A stretch of DNA of 64,000 nt from Dehalococcoidia bacterium (GCA_050011565.1 JBEKIW010000004.1:96001-160000), one strand, 5' to 3'; positions 28,681 to 41,598 are shown, counted from the stretch's first letter. Notes: generated by a model not told the origin, from the sequence alone. Numbers and translations are program-made.

Positions 28681-29931
28681 TTATTGTGCCTTAAAACTCC
28701 TTTGGCGCTCAATAGCTTCTCCATAGACCTCAGCGGTATGTACAGCGGTGTTTTTCCAGTTAAACATCCCCATTACACGTCTATGTCCCATTTCAGCGAG
28801 GTGTGTGCGCTTATCCGGGTTATCCAGCAGGCCTGAAATTGCCTGGACCAGCGCACCGGTATCAGCCGGAGGTACGAGTATGCCGGCATCTCCAACAATC
28901 TCGGGTAGAGCGCCGGCAGTTGTCGAAATTACGGGTGTTCTACAGCACATGGCCTCAGCCGCCGGCAAGCCAAACCCTTCGTAGACAGACGGCACCACCA
29001 CCATTGTAGCCGTGGAGTAGTGCCGTACCAGTTCATCGGTGGCTATCTGACCTAGATGCGTAACGCAATCAGCTATACCTAAGCTATCGATTAGGCCCTG
29101 CGTGTAGCCGTTTTTCATTGGCTTCCCGACTATAGTGAGCTCTATTTTTCGTTCTAGCTTTAATGCGGCCACAGCTTCCAGCAGGTATTTCAGCCCTTTC
29201 AAAGGTGTATCTCCGCTGTTGATTACAAGCAGGCGATTTATCGAGCGTTTAGTGTCCGTAGCTTGATTGAATACGGAGCTATCAACCCCGTCATAGATTA
29301 CCCGGAGACTATCCTCCGGCAATTGGAAAATGTCGATTATCTGGCGATAAGAATTTTGAGAGCCGGTTATGAAGTGCGAAAGTTTCTTAGCCACTTTAAT
29401 TTGCATATTAGCAAACGCGTACCATCTCCTGATACCCATTTTTTGCCATAAGGACTTAGCTGCTTTGATAGCCAGGTCCCGGTCGATGGCAATAGGGTGA
29501 TGAATGGTGGTTACTACAGGAATACCTAGTTCCTGTATTTTGGGTATGCTGTAAGACAAACTCTGATTGTCGTGAATGACGTCATATTTCTTATACCGGT
29601 TGCCGTTTCGTAAATAACTATAGGCACGCATGCCGAAGGTAAGTGGCTCGGTAAAAAATCCACAGCATTCACCCAGCCATTCAACGAAGTTAGGCGAGGA
29701 GGTTAGTCTTTTAGGATTTATTAGAAAACGTTGCTTTTCCGGTAATGAATACAGGTCGAGGCTGGGCAGTTTGATTAGCTTTATGCCATCATCAAGTTCC
29801 GGGTAGGGTGGGCCGGCAATTACCTCTATATCATGACCGAGTTCTCTAAGAAAACGACTTAGATAGCGGACGTAGATGCCTTGTCCGCCTGAATAGCGAT
29901 AACATCTATAACTGAGCAAGCAGATGTGCAT
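28681..29931 (-). CDS. Glycosyltransferase family 4
   Basis: SGGQGIY, HDNQSL and PSVYEGFGLPAAEAM motifs. Confidence 0.9.
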   Translation of the reverse strand: MHICLLSYRCYRYSGGQGIYVRYLSRFLRELGHDIEVIAGPPYPELDDGIKLIKLPSLDLYSLPEKQRFLINPKRLTSSPNFVEWLGECCGFFTEPLTFGMRAYSYLRNGNRYKKYDVIHDNQSLSYSIPKIQELGIPVVTTIHHPIAIDRDLAIKAAKSLWQKMGIRRWYAFANMQIKVAKKLSHFITGSQNSYRQIIDIFQLPEDSLRVIYDGVDSSVFNQATDTKRSINRLLVINSGDTPLKGLKYLLEAVAALKLERKIELTIVGKPMKNGYTQGLIDSLGIADCVTHLGQIATDELVRHYSTATMVVVPSVYEGFGLPAAEAMCCRTPVISTTAGALPEIVGDAGILVPPADTGALVQAISGLLDNPDKRTHLAEMGHRRVMGMFNWKNTAVHTAEVYGEAIERQRSFKAQ

Positions 29932-30122
29932 TTGACAATTCGCCTGAATGTAAGGTTATCAAAGCAAAGAAGCACAAAAATCCGAGGACATTTTACCTGT
30001 GTTGGCTAGATATATCAATAGGCTGTAAGGGTCAGGTACGTTGGTCACTCTTTGGCCTTCTTCCCGGCCAGCGACGCGACTTTCAATATGTACCCTTTTT
30101 TACTGCCTCTCGCGAAAAGAAA

Positions 30123-31373
30123 CTAGGCATTCCTATTCATGTATTTTTGGAAGTCGATTGCCTCGATATAGACATCCGCCGTGTGTTTGGCTGTATTCCG
30201 CCAGTTGAACCTCTGTACTATCCTGCGTCGCCCTATCTGGCTGAGGTGTTTACGTTTGTCCGGGTTGACTATAAGCGTCGAAATGGCATTGACAAGAGCT
30301 TTCGCGTCGGCTGGTGGCACCAGTATACCGGCGTCCCCCACAACCTCAGGCAGGGCGCCGGCAGTTGTCGAGACTGTCGGAGCGCCGCAAGCCATGGCCT
30401 CAGCAGCCGGTAAACCGAAACCTTCATACACCGACGGTACGATTACCAGCCCGGCCAGTCGGTACTGGTTCACAAGCTCAGGAGTGTCAATCTCATCGAT
30501 GAACTTTACATAATCTCTAATGCCAAGCGTATTGATAAGTCTCTGCGTAGTGCGGTTATCTGTTCCTTTTGCCACTACTATTAGCTCAAGGTCGTGTTTC
30601 TGACGCAGTACAGCCAGCGCTTCCAGCATAAATCTTAGACCTTTGACGGGTGTATCTCTGCTGATAACAACCAGGAGCCTGTTATCGAGGCGGGAAACCT
30701 TTGTAGACGGGCTGAAAATATCGGTGTCAATCCCATTGTATACGACCCGTAGCTTGTCTTCAGATATTCTGAACGTGTCAGCGATATGCTGGCGGGCAGT
30801 CTGTGAAACCGTAATGATGTGAGAAAGCCTGCGAGCTACTTTCATCTGCATGTTGATGAAGGAGAACCATCTCCTGAGGCCTAACTTATCTTTAAGTGAA
30901 GTTGCTGACTGAACGGCTAAGTCACGGTCAATGGTCACCGGGTGATGGATGGTTTCGACAACAGGCAATCCGAGTTCCTGAATTTTAAGGATGCCGTATG
31001 ACATAGTCTGATTATCATGGATGATGTCGTATTTATTGTTTCCACCCTGACGCATAAGGTCGTAGGCTCGCATACCGAAGGCCAGAGGTTCCGAGAAGTA
31101 ACCACTCATGGTGCCCGCCCATTCGACCAGGCTGGCATATGTATTTAATTTTCTGGGATCAATGAACAGGCGTCGCACGGATGACATTGAGTAAAGGTCA
31201 AGGCTCGGCAACTTAATAAGTCGCACTTCGTCGTCCAATTCGGGATAGGGTGGTCCAGAAACCACGTCAACCTGGTGACCGAGGTCGCGCAGTGACCGGC
31301 TTAAGTAGCGAAGATAAATGCCCTGGCCTCCTGAATAGCGATAACTTCGGTAGCTAAGCAAGCAGATACGCAT
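30123..31373 (-). CDS. Glycosyltransferase family 4 (tandem paralogue)
   Basis: Same motifs and same 416-aa length as the neighbouring gene. Confidence 0.9.
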   Translation of the reverse strand: MRICLLSYRSYRYSGGQGIYLRYLSRSLRDLGHQVDVVSGPPYPELDDEVRLIKLPSLDLYSMSSVRRLFIDPRKLNTYASLVEWAGTMSGYFSEPLAFGMRAYDLMRQGGNNKYDIIHDNQTMSYGILKIQELGLPVVETIHHPVTIDRDLAVQSATSLKDKLGLRRWFSFINMQMKVARRLSHIITVSQTARQHIADTFRISEDKLRVVYNGIDTDIFSPSTKVSRLDNRLLVVISRDTPVKGLRFMLEALAVLRQKHDLELIVVAKGTDNRTTQRLINTLGIRDYVKFIDEIDTPELVNQYRLAGLVIVPSVYEGFGLPAAEAMACGAPTVSTTAGALPEVVGDAGILVPPADAKALVNAISTLIVNPDKRKHLSQIGRRRIVQRFNWRNTAKHTADVYIEAIDFQKYMNRNA

Positions 31374-31476
31374 TTACACTAACCGCCTCAATATTAAACA
31401 GAGTCGATGAAAAACAGAAAAACTGATGACATTTTACCCGTGCCTGCCACGCTTATCAAAATGTATTCGCGGATAG

Positions 31477-32043
31477 TCACAGAATATGTGTCAGGAGGAC
31501 TCTGAGGCCAATGGCAATAAGAATGACGCCCCCTATAGCCTCGGCGTATTTACCTAACCAGGTACTTACTTTTCTCCCCAGTGTAAAGCCGGCTATGGTG
31601 ACGCCGAAGGCCACCACTCCAATGATTGAGCAAGCGATAGCGATGTTTACCTCAAGAAAGGCAAATGTCAGTCCGACTGCAAGGGCATCTATGCTCGTGG
31701 CAACTGCCAGAGTCACCAGAATAAGGCCTTTGCTAATGTCGACTCTCTTTTGACTGTCCGAGTGATGAAACGATTCCCATATCATTCTGCCTCCGACTAG
31801 CGCCAGCAAAATGAAGGCCACCCAGTGGTCGTAGCCTGAGATAAAATTTACGACAGTCCGTCCTGCCAACCATCCCAAAGCCGGCATAATGGCCTGGAAA
31901 GCTCCGAAGGTAGCTGCAGTACGCAGTATTGGGGCGAAAGAAAAGGTTTTTATGTAGATACTGCCGCTAAGGGCTACAGCAAAACAATCGGCAGACAACG
32001 CCAGGGCAATTAGCAGGATAGACAGAATATCTAATTCAGGCAC
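31477..32043 (-). CDS. mntP: Manganese efflux pump MntP family
   Basis: LSADCFAV, FGAFQAIMP, DHWVAF.LL and ATSIDALAVG motifs. Confidence 0.9.
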   Translation of the reverse strand: MPELDILSILLIALALSADCFAVALSGSIYIKTFSFAPILRTAATFGAFQAIMPALGWLAGRTVVNFISGYDHWVAFILLALVGGRMIWESFHHSDSQKRVDISKGLILVTLAVATSIDALAVGLTFAFLEVNIAIACSIIGVVAFGVTIAGFTLGRKVSTWLGKYAEAIGGVILIAIGLRVLLTHIL

Positions 32044-32094
32044 AGTCCAATAAGTATGCCATCATATAACTGAATATGGCAACGTCATCATTGC

Positions 32095-32514
32095 CTATTC
32101 GCCTAAAAGCTGCAGCACAATTTCCCTTGACCTGGCGCGGTTATCAAAGTCAACTACTATAATTTGCTGCCAGGTTCCCAGCATCATTTTCTTATTGGCA
32201 AAAGGCACGACCAGTGATGGGCCTTGAAGTGAAGCTCTCACGTGGGAGTATCCGTTGCCGTCTCCCCATCTCTGATCATGCTGGTAAGCAATGTTCAAAG
32301 GCGCACTCCGGTCCCACATGTCTTTGTAATCATTGAGCACCCCGCTCTCATACTCAATAGTGGTTACGCCGGCTGTTGACCCGGTTATGAAAATGGTCGC
32401 TATTCCACTATTTATATTGGAATTTTTTATTTCTTTGGCAATGTCAGCGGTTATGTCTATCATATCGCAATTTCCTTTAGTGCTGATGTGTATGGTTTTG
32501 CTCTGCGTGGTCAT
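32095..32514 (-). CDS. yjbQ: YjbQ / UPF0047 protein (secondary thiamine-phosphate synthase family)
   Basis: GSTAGVTTIE, DGNGYSHVRAS and LGTWQQI...DFD motifs; ATGA overlap with pyrK. Confidence 0.9.
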   Translation of the reverse strand: MTTQSKTIHISTKGNCDMIDITADIAKEIKNSNINSGIATIFITGSTAGVTTIEYESGVLNDYKDMWDRSAPLNIAYQHDQRWGDGNGYSHVRASLQGPSLVVPFANKKMMLGTWQQIIVVDFDNRARSREIVLQLLGE

Positions 32515-33299
32515 ATTCTTACCTCCTCCAACAGAACTTCGTCCAGGTTGAAAACAGGGCCATCTCGGCATACCTGTTTCATACCCTTTTTAGTTTTTAT
32601 GCTGCAAGCAAAGCAAGCTCCTATACCGCACCCTATCCTTACTTCCAGCGATACTTGAATTGAGTTCTTGCCCCGCCATTGTTTACTTTGTTTGGCTATC
32701 GACTGGTACATGGCTAACGGTCCGCAGGCGTAGACTTGGTCAGCCCAATCAACATATTTAGGTAGTACGTCGGTTACCTTTCCTTTCTCTCCATAGCTGC
32801 CATCTTCGGTGGTAATAAGCGTCTCGATTCCCTCCGGCAAGAGTTCCTTAGGGTACAGTACCTCCTTCGTGCGGGCGCCTAGGAGCAGATTCACAAGCTT
32901 GCCGTTGCGTAATGCTTTTTGAGCCAGGAAGACCAAAGGGGCGATACCTATACCGCCAGCTGCCAGCAGTATTTTCTTTGATGCCGGCTGGACAGAAAAG
33001 CCGTTACCCAGAGGTCCAAGCAAGTCCAGCTTTTCACCTTTCCGGCGTTGTGAAAGCCAATGTGTTCCCGCACCCACGACGGCGAAAAGAATGGAGATTT
33101 GATTCGGGTCAACCCCGTGAATGCTCAGGGGACGGCGCAATATGAGTTCTCGGCCGCAACTTATGGTAACGAATTGCCCCGGTCGGGCCTCTGCAGCAAT
33201 ATCAGGAGCTTCAACTCGAATGACATGATGCCCTGGCATTAACTCAATGTTAGAGATAACGGTAGCCAAGACCTGTTTCAATTGGTTCGGCCTTTCCAC
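32511..33299 (-). CDS. pyrK: Dihydroorotate dehydrogenase electron-transfer subunit
   Basis: PGQFV, RRPLSI, GPLGNGF, GGIGIAP, ACGP, and the 2Fe-2S motif CGIGACFAC...VCRDGPVF. Confidence 0.92.
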   Translation of the reverse strand: MERPNQLKQVLATVISNIELMPGHHVIRVEAPDIAAEARPGQFVTISCGRELILRRPLSIHGVDPNQISILFAVVGAGTHWLSQRRKGEKLDLLGPLGNGFSVQPASKKILLAAGGIGIAPLVFLAQKALRNGKLVNLLLGARTKEVLYPKELLPEGIETLITTEDGSYGEKGKVTDVLPKYVDWADQVYACGPLAMYQSIAKQSKQWRGKNSIQVSLEVRIGCGIGACFACSIKTKKGMKQVCRDGPVFNLDEVLLEEVRI

Positions 33300-33308
33300 T
33301 CACTAAGT

Positions 33309-36300
33309 TTACTGGATGTCGGCATGATAGCTTTGCAGGGACTTAACTTCCAGTTTACCATTTCGATATGCAGCTATGCCCTTGGCGGCGGCTACGGCAG
33401 CAGCCAGTGTTGTTATATATGTTACCTTATGCTTAATTGCGGTCTTGCGGATGTACGAATCGTCATATTTGCTCAGCTTCCCGCTAGGAGTATTGATTAC
33501 AAGCTGAATTTCTTTGTTTTTGATGCCGTCGGCGATATTGGGCCGTCCTTCATGCATCTTGAGTATCAGGTCAGACTTGATGCCGTGTCTGGCTAAAAAT
33601 CTGTGAGTGCCGCGTGTTGCCTTAATTTTAAAACCAAGCTCGGAGAACCGCCTGGCTACTTCCAGTGCCGCTGGCAAGTCCTTGCTGAACAGGCTTATCA
33701 GTGCAGTTCCCTCGATGGGGAGTATTTGTTGTGCCGCTACCTGTGCTTTAAAGAAGGCCAGGCCAAAGGAATTAGCGATTCCCAGTACTTCTCCGGTCGA
33801 TCGCATTTCCGGTCCCAGAATAGGGTCCACCTCAGGAAACATAGGAAACGGGAATACTGCTTCCTTGATGCCGAAGTGGGGGATACGGCGTTGTTTGAGA
33901 TTAAGCTCTGAGAGCGTCTTACCTAGCATGATCTGGGTTGCCAGACGCGCCATGGAGATATTACATGCCTTCGAGACCAGCGGTACTGTTCGCGATGCTC
34001 GGGGATTGGCTTCCAGCACATAAAGAATATCCTTCGCTATGGCGTATTGAATATTCATAAGGCCTATCACGTTAAGCTCTGTGGCGATTGTCCTGGTATA
34101 TTGGTTGATAGTATCGATATGATGTTGAGGTATGGTGACAGGTGGGATGACACAGGCAGAATCACCCGAATGGATGCCAGCTAGCTCGATATGCTCCATG
34201 ACTGCGGGCACGAAGGCATCAGTCCCATCGGCTATAGCATCAGCCTCCGTCTCGATGGCATTTTCCAGGAATTTGTCAATCAAAATAGGGCGGTCAGGTG
34301 TTACGTCTACTGCTGCAGCGACGTATTCTTTCAGCATAGCCTCATCGTGTACTACCTCCATGCCGCGACCACCGAGCACGTATGACGGCCTGACCATTAA
34401 TGGATACCCGATTCGTTTAGCTACCTTGAGTGCTTCCTTCAAATTGCTGGCCATGCCGGACTCCGGCATTGGAATTTTAAGCTTTTGCATCATTTGGCGG
34501 AAACGGTCTCTATCTTCGGCAAGGTCTATCGTTTCAGGCGACGTGCCCAAGATTTTGACACCGGCTTCGGCTAACTCGTTAGCAATGTTCAGCGGTGTTT
34601 GGCCGCCGAACTGGACTATAACACCCTGTGGCTTTTCCTTTTCATATATACTCAAAACATCTTCAACGGTGAGTGGTTCGAAGTAGAGCTTATCTGAAGT
34701 GTCATAATCAGTTGACACTGTTTCGGGGTTACAATTGACCATGATAGTCTCGTATCCTTCATCCCGCAGTGTAAAAGCTGCATGAACGCAGCAGTAGTCG
34801 AATTCTATACCCTGGCCGATGCGGTTAGGCCCGCCGCCCAACACCATTACCTTGCGCCTGTGGCTGCTTGCGGTCTTGTCCGGTGCGTTGTAGGTTGAGA
34901 AGTAGTAGGCTGCATTTTCGACGCCGCTGACCGGCACAGGCTCCCAGCCTTCAACTACCCCGAGTAAAGTGCGTTTCCGGCGAATCTCTTTTTCCGGCAC
35001 GTCGAGAATCTGTGATAAATAGCGGTCTGAGAATCCATCTTTCTTGGCTTGTGTAAGCAAAGCCTCCGGCAGTGTCTTGCCCCTGTATTTGAGGATTTCC
35101 TCCTCCAGTTCTACGAGCTCCTTCATCTGGTCGATGAACCAGGGCTTAATGTAGGTCTTCTCGTAGAGTTTCTGAACATCCGCGCCTTTGCGCAGAGCCT
35201 CATACATTATGAACTGTCGCTCGCTGGTTGCTTCGTTCAGCATAGCCATCAGCTCGTCCAGGGACTTCTTGTGAAAGTCCCGGGCAAAACCGAAGCCGTA
35301 TCGACCGTTCTCCAAAGAGCGGACTGATTTTTGAAGTGCTTCCTTGTATGTTTTACCTATGCTCATAACCTCGCCAACGGCGCGCATTTGAGTGCCGAGT
35401 TTATCTTCGGCATCCTTGAATTTCTCGAACGCCCAGCGGGCGAATTTTACAACTACGTAATCACCTGACGGCGTGTACTTCTCCAGAGTGCCGTCACGCC
35501 AATAGGGGATTTCATCGAGTGTCAAGCCGGCAGCCAACTTGGCAGAAACGAAGGCGATGGGGAAGCCGGTTGCCTTAGAAGCCAGCGCCGATGAGCGGGA
35601 AGTCCTGGGGTTTATCTCAATCACCACCACACGGCCTGTTTTGGCGTCGTGCGCAAATTGAATGTTGGTGCCACCTATAACGCGTATTGCCTCCACGATT
35701 CTATAAGAATATTCCTGGAGGCGTTTTTGCAACTTCGTATCGATGGTGAGCATGGGAGCCACACAAAAAGAGTCCCCGGTATGAACACCCATGGCATCTA
35801 CGTTTTCGATAAAACATACGGTAATCATCTGGTTTTTAGAATCGCGGACTACTTCCAGTTCCAGCTCTTCCCACCCCAGAACTGATTCCTCCACCAGCAC
35901 CTGCCCGATAAGGCTCGCCGAAATGCCTCGGCTAGCAACGGTGCGTAATTCTTCAACATTGTAGACCAGGCCACCGCCGGTACCTCCCATGGTATAAGCT
36001 GGGCGGATAACTACTGGATAGCCGAGCTCAGCCGCGACCTTTTCTGCGTCCTCTACGCTGTAGACCGCCTGGCTTTGAGGCATTTCTATGCCCAAGCGGT
36101 TCATTGTCTCCTTAAAGGCGGTACGGTCCTCACCGCTTTTAATGGCGTCGACATCGACACCAATGACTCGGACTCCATATTTTTCAAGGACTCCCGAACG
36201 TGCCAGCTCAGAGCTGAGATTAAGACCTGTTTGGCCACCCAGGTTTGGCAGCAGGGCATCAGGCCGTTCCTTTTCAATAATCTGAGTCATCATTTCCAGA

Positions 36301-36509
36301 TTGAGAGGTTCAATATAGGTGACGTCTGCCATTCCCGGGTCGGTCATAATAGTCGCCGGATTTGAATTCACCAGTACAATTTCATAGCCCAGACTTCTAA
36401 GTGCTTTACAGGCTTGAGTTCCGGAATAATCGAATTCGCAGGCCTGCCCTATTACGATAGGTCCGGAGCCGATAATCATCACCTTTTTGATGTCGTTACG
36501 TCTGGGCAC
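33309..36509 (-). CDS. carB: Carbamoyl-phosphate synthase large subunit
   Basis: IGSGPIVIGQACEFDYSG, GPNRIGQGIEFDYCC, and C-terminal MGS domain. Confidence 0.97.
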   Translation of the reverse strand: MPRRNDIKKVMIIGSGPIVIGQACEFDYSGTQACKALRSLGYEIVLVNSNPATIMTDPGMADVTYIEPLNLEMMTQIIEKERPDALLPNLGGQTGLNLSSELARSGVLEKYGVRVIGVDVDAIKSGEDRTAFKETMNRLGIEMPQSQAVYSVEDAEKVAAELGYPVVIRPAYTMGGTGGGLVYNVEELRTVASRGISASLIGQVLVEESVLGWEELELEVVRDSKNQMITVCFIENVDAMGVHTGDSFCVAPMLTIDTKLQKRLQEYSYRIVEAIRVIGGTNIQFAHDAKTGRVVVIEINPRTSRSSALASKATGFPIAFVSAKLAAGLTLDEIPYWRDGTLEKYTPSGDYVVVKFARWAFEKFKDAEDKLGTQMRAVGEVMSIGKTYKEALQKSVRSLENGRYGFGFARDFHKKSLDELMAMLNEATSERQFIMYEALRKGADVQKLYEKTYIKPWFIDQMKELVELEEEILKYRGKTLPEALLTQAKKDGFSDRYLSQILDVPEKEIRRKRTLLGVVEGWEPVPVSGVENAAYYFSTYNAPDKTASSHRRKVMVLGGGPNRIGQGIEFDYCCVHAAFTLRDEGYETIMVNCNPETVSTDYDTSDKLYFEPLTVEDVLSIYEKEKPQGVIVQFGGQTPLNIANELAEAGVKILGTSPETIDLAEDRDRFRQMMQKLKIPMPESGMASNLKEALKVAKRIGYPLMVRPSYVLGGRGMEVVHDEAMLKEYVAAAVDVTPDRPILIDKFLENAIETEADAIADGTDAFVPAVMEHIELAGIHSGDSACVIPPVTIPQHHIDTINQYTRTIATELNVIGLMNIQYAIAKDILYVLEANPRASRTVPLVSKACNISMARLATQIMLGKTLSELNLKQRRIPHFGIKEAVFPFPMFPEVDPILGPEMRSTGEVLGIANSFGLAFFKAQVAAQQILPIEGTALISLFSKDLPAALEVARRFSELGFKIKATRGTHRFLARHGIKSDLILKMHEGRPNIADGIKNKEIQLVINTPSGKLSKYDDSYIRKTAIKHKVTYITTLAAAVAAAKGIAAYRNGKLEVKSLQSYHADIQ

Positions 36510-36526
36510 AAAGTACCTCCGCTTTT

Positions 36527-37854
36527 TTATTCTGATTTATAGACTACCTGTCCGGCCGCTATAGTTATTCGCACTTTGCCTTTAAAATGGCAACCGTGGA
36601 AAGGCGTGTTCTTCCCTTTAGAAGCGAAGTCACTTTTGTCGACCACCCATTCCTTATTCGGGTCGAAAATGGTGACATCAGCTCGGCAGCCTGGCTTAAG
36701 CGACCCAAGTTCTCCAAATCTGGTGCCGATAATTCTGGCTGGCTCGAATGTGAGCTTAGATATTATAGTCTTCAGGTCTAGCCGGCCGTCTTGCACCAGG
36801 CTCATCAGGCAGGCGAAAGCTGTTTCTAAGCCACTGATACCGAAGGCTGCCAGCCCGAACTCGCACATTTTGTCTACCAGAGTATGAGGAGCATGGTCAG
36901 TGGCAATGGCATCGATGGTGCCATCCTTCAGCCCCTGGATTAGAGCAGTTATATCTTCTTTGGTCCGCAACGGCGGGTTGACTTTGGCGTTGGTGTCATA
37001 TGTCAGTTGTTTGTTCTTTTTTAGCTGGCCGCCCATTACTCTCTCTTCAGTCAAAGTCAGGTGGTGGGGAGTAACTTCGGCAGTGACTGCCATGCCTTTC
37101 TCTTTGGCACGGCGGACAAGTTCTACCGAGCCCTCCGTGCTGACATGGGCAATATGGAGCCGGGCGCCGGTCATCTGTGCCAACGATATGTCCCGTGCAA
37201 CCACGATCTCCTCAGCAGCTTTAGGCATACCCTTCAGCCCGAGGCGAGCCGACACCCAGCCATCGTTCATAAAGCCGCCATCGCTTAATTCCTTATCCTC
37301 GCAGTGGTCAATAATCGGCAAACCCAGGGACTGGCTGTAGTCCATAGCCAGGGACATAATCCGTGAGCTGGCTACCGGGTTACCGTCGTCACTGAAACCG
37401 ATAACTCCGGCCTCAGCTAGCTCGTTCATTTCAGTCAGCTCTTTGCCCTGCCTGGCTTTGGTTATGCAGCCTATCGGTAGCACCTGAACTATTCCCTCAG
37501 CTTCAGCCACCTTCTTTACATAATCTATGGAAGCCTGACTATCAATTGGTGGATTTGTATTGGGCATACAGCAGACGGTGGTAAACCCGCCTTTAGCTGC
37601 CGCTTTAGTGCCGGTGCTAATAGTTTCCTTGTCTTCAAAGCCTGGCTCGCGGAGATGGCAGTGCAGGTCAATGAATCCAGGACAGACAACAAGGCCCGTG
37701 GCGTCTATAGTCTTTAAGTCGGAATGATTTGGTGCTGTTCCTTTATCCCCAATCCAGGTGATTTTGCCTTTGGCGATGAGCAAATCGGCAACTTTATCTA
37801 TTCCTTGACCAGGGTCGAGGATACGGCCGCCGCTTATTAGTAGGGTAGCAGCCA

Positions 37855-37855
<1 letters not shown>
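36527..37855 (-). CDS. pyrC: Dihydroorotase
   Basis: DLHCHLREPG, MPNT.P, KVNPPLR and ATDHAPH motifs. Confidence 0.95.
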
Positions 37856-39540
<1,685 letters not shown>

Positions 39541-39551
39541 ACTTACATCAC

Positions 39552-39580
39552 AGTATAACATATTGGGGGCGGGGATGCAA
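39552..39580 (-). promoter_or_regulatory. Sigma70-type promoter of the pyr operon
   Basis: TTGCAT-17 bp-TATACT, with TG immediately upstream of the -10. Confidence 0.7.
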
Positions 39581-39601
39581 TAAGCCTGGCGGCAGGAATC
39601 G

Positions 39602-40558
39602 CTAAAAAAACTGAACTATGGCTTTACCGAAGACTGGTCCTACGAAGTGGCGCATGAATGGTATGAACCCCGTACCGTACTGTCTGGCAAGTTGCTTTGA
39701 ATAATCTCGGATATAGTCGGCAAAGCTTCTGTGCTGGAAATTAAGTAGCTTCTGGGACTTTGTCGTATCATACCAGTCCAGGTAATAGGGCTCTTTGGTG
39801 AATTTACGAGCTGGCGGCACAGGCAATCCCATAACACCAAGTATACGTCTTATCATATCTTGGTACAGCATCCTTTCTTCAGGGCCGCCGCTGATGATTA
39901 AAGTATTACCTTTAACGGAATCAAAATTTTTAACGGCATTGAATATAGCTGATGCTGTATCATCTGGATGGCAATATTCCACCCTATTATTCAATGGGAC
40001 AGTGAACATCCGTTTGAGGTCACTTATCGAGAAGTTCAGGTACATGGTTGCGGTAAGGCGTAAAATGACATAGTCAATCCCTGATTCCTTGATAATATTT
40101 TCAGCCTGGAGCTTAGTCTCACCGTAGGCCCCTTTAGGATTAGCATCATGTTCTTCAGGGCACAGTGGCTTGGTAACATTTGGTGTAGGGCCAAAGGCAG
40201 CGACTGAGGAAGTAAATACAAATGGAATTGGTCTATCCATCTGTTTTAAATGCTCAACGATTATCCTGGTACCGCCCACATTGACCCGAGACGCCAGTTC
40301 AGGTTTTTCGTAGGCTACAGGTGGCAGGATACCGGCCATATGGACTACAGCATTAACTCCTTCCAGCGCTTTCTGAACCGAATCAGGACGTGTTATGTCT
40401 CCCCAGTAGATTTCAGTTTTTTCTCCGAGTCTTTTTACGCTATTTCTGTTACCGGGCGTGTCCAAATCGAACACACGAACTTGAAACCCGCCTTTTATAA
40501 AGGCTTTGCCGACATTTATTCCCAACCTGCCGGCTCCCCCTGTGATAAGCACTCGCAT
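39602..40558 (-). CDS. NAD-dependent epimerase/dehydratase (extended SDR)
   Basis: ITGGAGRLG, VVHMAG, FTSS and YGETK motifs. Confidence 0.85.
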   Translation of the reverse strand: MRVLITGGAGRLGINVGKAFIKGGFQVRVFDLDTPGNRNSVKRLGEKTEIYWGDITRPDSVQKALEGVNAVVHMAGILPPVAYEKPELASRVNVGGTRIIVEHLKQMDRPIPFVFTSSVAAFGPTPNVTKPLCPEEHDANPKGAYGETKLQAENIIKESGIDYVILRLTATMYLNFSISDLKRMFTVPLNNRVEYCHPDDTASAIFNAVKNFDSVKGNTLIISGGPEERMLYQDMIRRILGVMGLPVPPARKFTKEPYYLDWYDTTKSQKLLNFQHRSFADYIRDYSKQLARQYGTGFIPFMRHFVGPVFGKAIVQFF

Positions 40559-40577
40559 GTTGTTCTCCTTTAAGTTA

Positions 40578-41444
40578 CTAATCGATATCGGTTAGAGTTT
40601 TCACCAGCCAGCCCGTCCACTGAGAACGCAAGCTGCCAGCCAGAAGTGGAGTAGTGTGGAAACCGCCTTTGGCCAGAATCAGTTCCTTAGGCTCACAAGC
40701 CGATTCATAGACAACTGCGTACTTTCGATATGGCGTTACCCTGTCGCCTTCACAAAAGACAAAGAGCTTAGAGCAATCCTCGAGCTTTTCAAGTACCGCA
40801 GACATCTTCATTTGCGGGAAGACATCCATGAACTTCTGCCAGTCAACCCTTACCTTGAAACAACCTAGGTACATCCAGACTCTGCATATCAGGGCGGCAA
40901 CCCCTTTCAACCAGGGAAAAGCGCCGTGTTTGGGGTATTCCATAATAACTTTGAACTCACGTCCCCATCGACCGAAGTTTTTCTCCCCGCCAATCGGCAG
41001 CGCGCTGTCTATTTCAGGCGGGCAGGCTAATGCAACCAATGCACGTGGTTTATCAACTTTATCCGCAGCCATAATTGCTGACATAGCGCCCAGGCTGTGT
41101 CCGGCAATACCCATTCGTTGGCTATCCACTTCGGGGAGTTGACATAAAACATTCCAGGCATCAACTATGTCTGCCGCCATCTTCCCGTCGACAGCGCCTT
41201 CACTGGCACCATGACCACGGAAGTCGAAGATGAGACTGGCGATTCCCTGAGCCGCCATTATTCGAGCCGCCGGCTCCATAACTCGATAGGCAGCACCAAA
41301 GCCGTGGCATAATACGGCGCCGGGCACCGGCTTACTGGCACTGGCTTGCTTCGGGAGAATAATTTTGCCCTTGAGCTGCAATCCATGGCTTCCGAAAACA
41401 ATTGGGAACTCTTTAATTTCAGTCGTTTTTTCTACATCTTTCAT
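40578..41444 (-). CDS. Alpha/beta hydrolase
   Basis: LCHGF, DFRGHGAS, nucleophile GHSLG, and D/H triad candidates. Confidence 0.85.
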   Translation of the reverse strand: MKDVEKTTEIKEFPIVFGSHGLQLKGKIILPKQASASKPVPGAVLCHGFGAAYRVMEPAARIMAAQGIASLIFDFRGHGASEGAVDGKMAADIVDAWNVLCQLPEVDSQRMGIAGHSLGAMSAIMAADKVDKPRALVALACPPEIDSALPIGGEKNFGRWGREFKVIMEYPKHGAFPWLKGVAALICRVWMYLGCFKVRVDWQKFMDVFPQMKMSAVLEKLEDCSKLFVFCEGDRVTPYRKYAVVYESACEPKELILAKGGFHTTPLLAGSLRSQWTGWLVKTLTDID

Positions 41445-41598
41445 AATTAAACCTTGCCGTTAAATGCCTAGATAAAGTTTAAAGTATTGGCTTCACTAAG
41501 TAATCCAGAGTGTGGCTGGTTTTATCAACAAAAAAGGGGTGACTTGTAGGTCAGACTTCCTGGTGATGCCCCGTCATACAAAAGTATGACCGGTTAGT

